Assembly: GCA_016867855.1 (NCBI GenBank)
Contig: VGIO01000002.1
Coordinates: 1-51,125 of the forward strand
DNA: 51,125 nt
Direction: 5' to 3'
Origin: Calditrichota bacterium
GTDB lineage: Bacteria > Electryoneota > AABM5-125-24 > Hatepunaeales > Hatepunaeaceae
Shown: piece after piece, positions 45,801-51,125 of the stretch
Layout: every line of letters starts with the position of its first letter
Numbering within the stretch: the first letter of the stretch is position 1
The notes under the pieces: model-generated
Seen by the model: the letters and a program-made list of their open reading frames with translations, nothing else
The model's database searches: none
What the model was told of the DNA's origin: nothing
Program-made: the position numbers and the translations under genes

Positions 45801-46304
45801 TACTTTAGTCTGACGGGTCTGGTTAGGCGGCACGGCTAAGACCTGCCGCTCGGCTTCCAAAGTCAACCGGCAGGGCAGGTCATCGACGACTAAAATCTGC
45901 AGCGTTATGCGGGCGGTAACATTGCCGCTGCGCGCCTCGATTACTACATTATCGGAGCGGTCGAGCGCCAGGTTGTAGCCGGCGGTCATCTGTCCGGTTT
46001 CGTTGGTAACCGCATCTTCCGGTGTGGAGAGGGTGCCTTTCCAGGGTTGGGGATTGAGGATGGCGAAGGTGATTTTTTCGCCCGGCACAGCGACGCCCTG
46101 CAGGTCGCGGCCGACGGCGATGATACGTTCGCTGCGGACTTCGCCGGCATAACCGCGTATGACAGTGTGGGTCGCACGTAGGTCGATGGAAGCGATCGAG
46201 CCGCCGAGGTCGATGGGTCCGCCGTTGCGGTGGTCGTCGCAGCCGATGAGGAGCGCCAATCCAATAAGTATCGGCGCCAGCGAGATGTGAATGAACCGTT
46301 GCAT
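42852..46304 (-). CDS. large surface lipoprotein with about 10 tandem bacterial Ig-like (Big_1, invasin/intimin-type) domains
   Basis: Lipobox 'LLIGC' after the Met at 46304 ('MQRFIHISLAPILIGLALLIGCDD'). Repeated about 95-aa units of the form '...ITLTA.V.D.NG.PV.G..V.F....G...'. No T9SS CTD. Confidence 0.7.
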   Translation of the reverse strand: MQRFIHISLAPILIGLALLIGCDDHRNGGPIDLGGSIASIDLRATHTVIRGYAGEVRSERIIAVGRDLQGVAVPGEKITFAILNPQPWKGTLSTPEDAVTNETGQMTAGYNLALDRSDNVVIEARSGNVTARITLQILVVDDLPCRLTLEAERQVLAVPPNQTRQTKVTATLVDEQGTALSGMMIRFRTDPPGLGYVDSDTATTDNNGRVTRTFTSIVNKYGLCAIVAQVGDSAARTTIEIRATGVNAYITLTTPTPFVRAARGVDAVINLTATVVDANRKAVSGTTVAFEALPLNSQPTFGSLTALDTTDGNGRADAVFHSLGQFGKQRVKVKVLPSGWSGQPQPDPDKGGCRPAGADDNEIFDEIIIEARELLAEISSLSLRAFPDFLNLPPDSNGVSNIEAVVRNDENNAVEGVFVKFTTTRGALSNITATDAGGIARAVFRSNYETGEAVVKASIEGTQFERAVRIVVQQAVGNRGRLTLTTDRESIYADNGLTYAALTALLSDEEGQALAGKQIIFTKTHGTVNSPVTTDSLGIARAIFRDIGMPSLNEEGRIVPAVISAKYNPLALQASVEITILPRNPVARITLQSAVDRLNAGGRDSTSIIATCFLANNDFAPAGTLVRFESNIGRFASAAVPITGNYGIAETKYISGSAVGQAVLKASVQNEDNILESNPVSIELIPGPPRRVVVSADPERLITNNPDSYSTVSALVVDTVGNPVASGTLVRFAASLGNITPSAITNAHGIAVARLSAGVQAGLCEITAAVGTIEGRTTVTFVAGRPNSIELSANPLNIAVAGTGGTSTSTLTAIVKDANGNPVEQPTIVYFQLLNEPPVPGGCNINNRGQIDSALTAHGRAVVSLNSGLQVGGKVIRAYTWGDDARTALVEVTLATIMVVSGPPFSLDIDVNNNGSNALGGAWKIEVSARVFDMYRNPVADNIPVVFTVDPAIASISSGYTGNRSSVNTSEPGLAYANLIYQSGVTFSQVTITTSVATPLGRITGSKLHTLPLQDGVLELNLDPGNWRFERSRPNDIASIRVWAVLKDGHLVEINNAPVLFLTDRSQLYWFNNQSRSYIPFYPNPARKLTGVQDALHNELPGQATVYLRGVMNDFFLDDITIVEDAQVTASVEGYEDVRAEPVFVYFTRR

Positions 46305-46567
46305 TGTTATGCCCTCCATCTGTGGCTTGGTATTTATCACTTATGCGGAGCCTTGCGCCCGTTTCTCTGGGCGCGCATCTTTGCTTCGCGAAAATAATCT
46401 TCTTCAGACCCGTAAGGGCTGGTAAGAGGCTCTGGGCTTTGGGTTTTTGGAGCGTAGAGCGGATTTCTTTGGTCCGCTTAATACGCGTCAACCGACATAT
46501 ATTAGCAAAATAATCCGAGCGAAAGAGCGAGTATATTTCGTTCTTCGTCAAGGGTTGGATGTTGTCA

Positions 46568-46592
46568 GACTGTGCAAATATTGCACAGTCTA
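46568..46592. promoter_or_regulatory. perfect 11-3-11 palindrome AGACTGTGCAA-ATA-TTGCACAGTCT about 265 bp upstream of the lipoprotein gene start; candidate dimeric transcription-factor operator
   Basis: Exact inverted repeat read directly from the sequence. Contains a TGTGC-N7-GCACA core. Confidence 0.4.
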
Positions 46593-46876
46593 AAAGATAG
46601 GAATGCAGGGAGGGCGATAGGACTTGATTAACTCGATGGCTGCGAACAGTAAAGACTAAGTGTTATGAATAAATGTATTTTGCGCCGATTTTACTATTCT
46701 TAAGACCATCGTCAGGACGCTCTCAAATTATCGATTTCAACCCTTGGACGTCGAGCGTTTGGTAGAAAAGACTGCAATAGTTATACCAAGTGTTAAGAAG
46801 GGAAGATGTGAGAAAGTAGGGAAGTTATGCATCCTTTCTAATTTCTTACTTTCTACTTATTTTTAAAGAATTACAA

Positions 46877-47085
46877 TCCGTTTCATCTGTTCAATCCTTT
46901 AATCCGTTGTGAATATGAGAATTCACGGCGGATTAAACGGATAGAGGTTTCAATATATCCGTTTCATCTGTTCAATCCTTTAATCCGTTGTGAATATGAG
47001 AATTCACAGCGGATTAAGCGGATAGAGGTTTCAATATATCCGTTTCATCAGTTTAATCCGTTGTGAATTCATCTACCTCATTAAA
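46877..47085. repeat. about 80-bp unit tandemly repeated 2.5 times (units contain the 'TTAATCCGTTGTGAAT...ATTCACGGCGGATTAAACGG' internal palindrome)
   Basis: Units 1 and 2 differ at 2 positions. Related single copies at about 20236-20312 and 50403-50498. Confidence 0.75.
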
Positions 47086-47310
47086 ACCACTTTCCTGGCA
47101 ATCGTCATACTCTCTGTTTTCAATCTAAAAATATATATCCCCGCCGGCAAATCGCAGCCTTCGACGACGATGGAATGTCTCCCCGCCTCCAGCCAGCCAT
47201 CGACCGGCGTCCGCGCTAACCTCCCACCAATGTCGAACATCTGCAACTTAACATCGCCAGTCTGCTCAAGTTCAAACTTCACCTCCGTCAGCGCATTGAA
47301 AGGATTCGGC
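47076..47310 (-). pseudogene. orphan T9SS C-terminal sorting domain remnant
   Basis: 'APNPFNALTEVKFELEQTGDVKLQMFDIGGRLARTPVDGWLEAGRHSIVVEGCDLPAGIYIFRLKTESMTIARKVVLMR*'. The upstream reading frame is replaced by a (GAATTTG)n palindrome, so there is no protein body. Confidence 0.6.
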
Positions 47311-47318
47311 GCAATATC

Positions 47319-47393
47319 GAATTTGGAATTTGGAATTTGGAATTTGGAGTAAAGTAAAACAATTCCAAATTGCAAATTCCAAATTCCAATTAA
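47319..47393. repeat. heptanucleotide microsatellite hairpin: (GAATTTG)4 ... (CAAATTC)n arms around a 13-nt loop
   Basis: 'GAATTTGGAATTTGGAATTTGGAATTTGGAG-TAAAGTAAAAC-AATTCCAAATTGCAAATTCCAAATTCCAATT'. Confidence 0.7.
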
Positions 47394-47555
47394 CAGAATG
47401 CCCCGCCGGATATAGTCCTTCGACTCCCTCCAGCGGGGCTTTTAAGTGGGCGGGTTCAAAACTTGCCGGCGATTTGAATTGACGGGCATTATAGTCGATG
47501 ATTTGTAATTGACGCCGGTGCCGGCGGCGATGATGATAGTCGTAATACAGCGTCT

Positions 47556-47585
47556 CTTCTCCCCCCGCTTGCGGGGGGGAAGAAC
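47556..47585. repeat. 'TCTTCTCCCCCCGCTTGCGGGGGGGAAGAAC' hairpin (C-rich hairpin family)
   Basis: Same core as 5557-5580. Lies about 320 bp upstream of mpl. Confidence 0.6.
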
Positions 47586-47905
47586 AATCACAACATAAAC
47601 TATATTCTACCCCAGTTAATATACTGATAAATCTATAAACCAATAGGACAAAGCGGACTACTCAAAGTCTGGAAAATAATATATATAAAAAAAGACTTTG
47701 TCAAGGTTTTGGTAATATTTGGCGTTTTTTTAAAAATAGCCGGACGATATTAGTTCCCGCGCCCGCGCCAGGTGAAGAATAACCTCGCGCCTCGCACCTA
47801 AACACTCAATACTCGTAAAATCCAAACAAAATAGTTTGAAATCCACTTGACAGCCATTAATTTAAACAATATACTATAATATAAATCGATTTCAATCAAG
47901 CATAA

Positions 47906-49303
47906 TTGGACGATGGACAGCGTCCGCGCGTGCATTTCATCGGCGTGTGCGGCACAGCGATGGCTTCGACCGCCGTCGAACTTCAGCGCTGCGGATGGAA
48001 TGTGAGTGGCTCGGACAGCGCTTTCTACCCACCGATGAGCGATTTCCTGTCGGGCAGCGGTATCCGACTCTATCAGGGTTTTAATGCGCAAAATCTGCCC
48101 GACGACGGCTTAATCGTCGTCGGCAACGCCATCTCGCGCGGCAATGTCGAATTGGAAGCCGCGCTCGACCGTAACCTGCTTTGCGTTTCGCTGCCGGATT
48201 TAATCCAGCGCCAATTCTTAGTTGGACGCAAATCGGTCGTCATCGCCGGCACGCATGGCAAAACAACATCCACGGCGTTGATGGCGCATATTTTGCGATA
48301 CGCTGGAAGGGAGCCGGGCTGGCTGGTCGGCGGAATTCCCAACGATTTAGAAACGCCCTGCCGCAAAGGCAGCGGCGAAGTATTCGTCATTGAAGGCGAC
48401 GAATATGACTCGGCTTGGTTTGACAAACGACCTAAGTTTCTATATTATCGACCTTTCTACGCCGGTATAACCTCGCTTGAGTTCGACCATTCGGACATTT
48501 ACGCCGATATTCAAGCCATCAGCGCCGAATTCAAGCGTTTTGCCGGATTGTTGCCGCAAACCGGCCGTTTGGTCGTGAACGGCGACGACCGCAACGCAGT
48601 CGATGCTGCAAGCGCAGCGCGCTGTCCGGTCGTAACTTATGGATTGAGCGGGCAATGCCAATGGCGATTAGGGAAGTTCTACATCGATAAAGACAAGTTT
48701 TGGCACGCGCCTTGCTATATCGATAACGAAGCCTCTGGCGAGTTGAGACTTAAAATCCCCGGCCGGCACAATTTAATGAACGCGATGCTATGTTTGGCGC
48801 TGGCTGAGGAAATGGGAGTCGATAGGCAGGTCGCACTGGAGGCTATATTTTCTTTCACCGGCGTGCAACGTCGTTTGACCGGAATGCGCCTGATGAGCAA
48901 TTGCCGACTTTACGACGATTTTGCTCATCATCCGACGGCTGTGCAAGCCGCGCTGGAGACAGTGCGGGCGATGCACCCACAGGCGCGTTTATGGGCGCTG
49001 TTTGAACCGCGTTCGAATACGATGGTAAGGCGTTTCTTCCAAAATGAGTTGACCGAAGCCTTGGCGATTGCCGATAAGGTCATAATCGGTCCTGTGCATC
49101 GCGCGGCATCTATTCCAGCCGAACAGCGTCTCGACCGGAATAAGATTGTCAACGAACTAAAAGCACGCGGGATAGAAGCGGAATACTATGACAATTATGA
49201 AGCGATGGCGGCGAAGATAAAAAGTGAGATAAGGCGCGGCGATGTAATAGTGATGATGTCGAATGGAGCGTTCGGCGGAATTCGGGAGGGATTATTAAAT
49301 TAA
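47906..49303 (+). CDS. mpl: UDP-N-acetylmuramate:L-alanyl-gamma-D-glutamyl-meso-diaminopimelate ligase
   Basis: 'HFIGVCGTAMASTA', 'DSAFYPPMS', 'AGTHGKTTSTALMAHIL' and 'VIEGDEYDSAWFDKRPKF' match the Mpl signature (CGT / YPPMS) rather than MurC. Confidence 0.9.
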   Translation: MDDGQRPRVHFIGVCGTAMASTAVELQRCGWNVSGSDSAFYPPMSDFLSGSGIRLYQGFNAQNLPDDGLIVVGNAISRGNVELEAALDRNLLCVSLPDLIQRQFLVGRKSVVIAGTHGKTTSTALMAHILRYAGREPGWLVGGIPNDLETPCRKGSGEVFVIEGDEYDSAWFDKRPKFLYYRPFYAGITSLEFDHSDIYADIQAISAEFKRFAGLLPQTGRLVVNGDDRNAVDAASAARCPVVTYGLSGQCQWRLGKFYIDKDKFWHAPCYIDNEASGELRLKIPGRHNLMNAMLCLALAEEMGVDRQVALEAIFSFTGVQRRLTGMRLMSNCRLYDDFAHHPTAVQAALETVRAMHPQARLWALFEPRSNTMVRRFFQNELTEALAIADKVIIGPVHRAASIPAEQRLDRNKIVNELKARGIEAEYYDNYEAMAAKIKSEIRRGDVIVMMSNGAFGGIREGLLN

Positions 49304-49352
49304 ATATAATTATATATCAACCATTTAAGCGGTGTGTTGTAGGAATTGCGCA

Positions 49353-49430
49353 CAATAAGATTGAGTCATTCCGACGAAGTGAAGAATCTCATCGCGGCTT
49401 AACCAGATACGATGCTTCACTGCGTTCAAC
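49353..49430. repeat. 'AAGATTGAGTCATTCCGACGAAGTGAAGAATCTCATCG...CGATGCTTCACTGCGTTC' hairpin element downstream of mpl
   Basis: Same family as 3314-3400 and 42379-42447. Imperfect internal palindrome. Possibly acts as the mpl terminator. Confidence 0.65.
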
Positions 49431-49519
49431 CGACACTTTTCAAAATGGGACTTTACTTCCGGTAATGTTTAGTTTCACATCGAACCGCGTGGGGCGGGAC
49501 TGAAGAAGGAGCAGCCGAG

Positions 49520-50119
49520 ATGGATTTGCAAGATAAAGTGATAATATGTCACACTTGCGGTCGAGATTTTGTGTTCACCGTGCGTGAACAGGAATTTTAC
49601 GGTTCAAAGGGTTTCAGCCCGCCGCGGCATTGCGGCGAATGCCGCGCCAAGCGTAAGCGCGAGCGGGAAGCCGGCGCTGGTATCGAGTCCGCAGCGCCGC
49701 AAGCATCGCTGCCCAAGCCGCGCAGCCGCGATTTTCAAGTCGAGTGCGCGGCTTGCGGCAAACCGGCTTCAGTGCCGTTCAAGCCCATCGCCGGACGACC
49801 GGTCTATTGCCGGGATTGCTTTGCCAAAATCAAGTCCGGTGCATCCCCGCAGCCGCCTAATTCTATACCTCATCCCAAATCTGAATCGTCTTCCAAGTCA
49901 ACATCACCTCCTGCACCGCCTCAAAATACTGTTCATACAGAACATATCGAATTAGACCCCGACTTAGGTCCGTTGCCGGAGGTCGAACCCGCGCCGGATG
50001 AGGAGGGTGAAGTCACCCAAGCCGACTATATTCCTTTTCCGATAAGACTCGGCGCGACGCCGGAGGAAGTCAATCCGACTTTCAAAGAAGATATAAAAAC
50101 ACCGACTAAAACGGCCTAG
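49520..50119 (+). CDS. zinc-ribbon domain protein with Pro/Ser-rich C-terminal tail
   Basis: Two CxxC...CxxC units ('CHTCGRDF...HCGECRAKR', 'CAACGKPA...YCRDCFAK'). The TAG stop is formed by the first bases of MITE copy D ('GCC TAG TGTTCAC'). Confidence 0.5.
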   Translation: MDLQDKVIICHTCGRDFVFTVREQEFYGSKGFSPPRHCGECRAKRKREREAGAGIESAAPQASLPKPRSRDFQVECAACGKPASVPFKPIAGRPVYCRDCFAKIKSGASPQPPNSIPHPKSESSSKSTSPPAPPQNTVHTEHIELDPDLGPLPEVEPAPDEEGEVTQADYIPFPIRLGATPEEVNPTFKEDIKTPTKTA

Positions 50120-50262
50120 TGTTCACTTGTATTAATGGCTTCCAGTATGTCGGACAGGAGGACAGGCGTCCCTGCCTGTCCCGGGAGATATGTCTGCAAA
50201 GTGGACAGGCAGGGACGCCTGTCCTCCTGTCTATATTATAATACCAGCCTGGTTTCTTTGAA
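50116..50262. mobile_element. MITE-like palindromic element, copy D (3' end degenerate)
   Basis: 'CTAGTGTTCACTTGTATTAATGGCTTCCAGTATGTCGGACAGGAGGACAGGCGTCCCTGCCTGTCC...'. Matches copies A-C over about 130 bp. Confidence 0.8.
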
Positions 50263-50763
50263 GTCAGGCTATAAAACAAAAACTTACAGGGGCGCACAAT
50301 CGTGCGCCCCTGTATGTTTATAACAAGGATTGATTGTATCAGGCTTGAGCGCCCAACGCGTCTTAATACCAAGTCGCGTTCTTAAGGACACTTAAACTAA
50401 TATAATTCACAACGGATGAAACTGATGGAACGGATAAGAGGTTAGATGTAATAAGTTATCTGTTTAATCCGTTAAATCCGTTGTGAATGTGTTCAATTAA
50501 TTGTGACCTAATGAACGCAAATTAGCCTAAGATTTTATTTATCGAGCATCTGGTTGAAAGTCCAGAGGTGTTCTTCTTCGTCCGGCAGCACGGCTTCGAA
50601 AAGTTGGCGCGTCGTCGGATCGAAGTCGCCGATGGCAATGATAAATTCCTTATATTTTCCTAAATCCGTAAACACACTTTATTAACAAAAGGCTGTTTAC
50701 GCTTGTTTTTGTTGTTCTTTGAGCGTATTTTATAGCGTTGTCCAACTTCACCCGACAGTGCAA

Positions 50764-51125
50764 ATGTCGTCCAACACTAAATTCAAAGTTACCCAATCCA
50801 ACGAGGAACTATCCAGCCACAGCGGAATAGCCCTGCTCGGCGACATCCTCGAAGCCTGCGAATTCAAAAGGCAAGTCGATAAAGTCCATCTGCTCCGTCG
50901 ACCGAAGCCCGAACTGCGCCACGGCGAGATTCTCGGCACGATGACAACCTTACTCTTCATCGGCAAGCCCGACTTCGACGCCGTCAAACCCTTTCAAGAG
51001 GATGTCCTGCTGCGCAAAGCCATAGGGCTGTCCCGCGTGCCGTCCGCCGAAACCCTGCGCGACCGCCTCAACTTGGCTGATAACTGCTTCGACGAAACTA
51101 TCCGCAGCCTGTCGGCCGATAGCGT
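50764..51125 (+). mobile_element. IS1380-family-like transposase gene, 5' part (runs off the window end)
   Basis: Open frame from the ATG at 50764 to the window edge. 'SNEELSSHSGIALLGDILEACEF...RHGEILGTMTTLLFIGKPDFDAVKPFQEDVLLRKAIGLSRVPSAETLRDRLN' resembles the conserved N-terminus of IS1380/ISEcp1-type transposases. Confidence 0.5.

Noticed and set aside
42924-46551. Multiple 60-200-aa ORFs on the plus strand and in other frames across the lipoprotein gene (e.g. 45949-46551, 44371-44811)
   Set aside because: These are Arg/Ala/Pro-rich antisense or alternate-frame shadows of a long GC-rich gene. The minus-strand frame carries coherent Ig-domain repeats and a lipoprotein signal.
46877-47085. 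Possible CRISPR array (regular repeats with internal palindrome)
   Set aside because: The 80-bp units are identical throughout, so there are no unique spacers. Unit length and structure are wrong for repeat-spacer architecture, and no cas genes are nearby. This is a tandem duplication of a palindromic module.
50541-50681. 46-codon minus-strand ORF 'VFTDLGKYKEFIIAIGDFDPTTRQLFEAVLPDEEEHLWTFNQMLDK' with faint ferritin/rubrerythrin-like C-terminal flavour
   Set aside because: It is too short, has only a GTG start, and has no supporting context. It may be a gene fragment left beside the IS insertion, so it is not called.

Overview
This 51-kb window comes from a Gram-negative bacterium with roughly 55-60% GC. 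It encodes Type IX secretion (T9SS) cargo, recognised by Por-type C-terminal sorting domains (CTDs), and a flagellar export/regulation cluster. Together these point to a flagellated member of the FCB (Fibrobacteres-Chlorobi-Bacteroidetes) superphylum or a related candidate phylum. Coding density is high.

Recognisable genes, in order:
- ispH, then a radical-SAM/SPASM enzyme and a TPR membrane protein.
- lutB-lutC on the minus strand.
- A 1.4-kaa gingipain-like (peptidase C25) T9SS protein.
- A minus-strand co-directional string: PLP Cys/Met enzyme, cNMP-binding protein, a solitary MmeI-like Type IIG restriction-modification (RM) enzyme, flotillin (SPFH domain), and a receiver + HD-GYP response regulator.
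- Methylmalonyl-CoA epimerase, then tRNA-Gln(CUG).
- flhA, flhF, flhG, a small membrane protein, fliA (sigma-28), a small acidic protein, an HDOD protein, a membrane HTH protein, a HisKA-only protein, an SbcD-like phosphoesterase, and a DUF502 protein.
- Adenine deaminase, accD, and an LPS-core cluster (GT2, O-antigen ligase, GT9 heptosyltransferase).
- A 1150-aa Big_1 Ig-repeat lipoprotein, mpl, a zinc-ribbon protein, and a partial IS1380-like transposase at the 3' edge.

The intergenic space is unusually rich in structured repeats. There are at least six families of palindromic/MITE-like elements, each with several copies: a ~155-bp 'GGACAGGAGGACAGGCGTCCCTGCCTGTCC' miniature inverted-repeat element (MITE) in four copies, an 'AAGATTGAGTCA...CGAAGTGAAGAATCTC' hairpin family, a C6-GCTTGC-G6 hairpin family, a nested 'GGCAAGGCGGAYG...CGTCCGCCTTGCC' element, 'TTAATCCGTTGTGAAT' repeats, and hexamer-microsatellite hairpins (TGCTGA)n/(TGATGA)n abutting stop codons.

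The window also holds two orphan T9SS CTD gene remnants, a 1.2-kb low-GC island of fragmented small ORFs, and a perfect 11-3-11 palindrome in a promoter region. No CRISPR array, rRNA or complete prophage is visible. All identifications are by eye from motifs; none was checked against a database.
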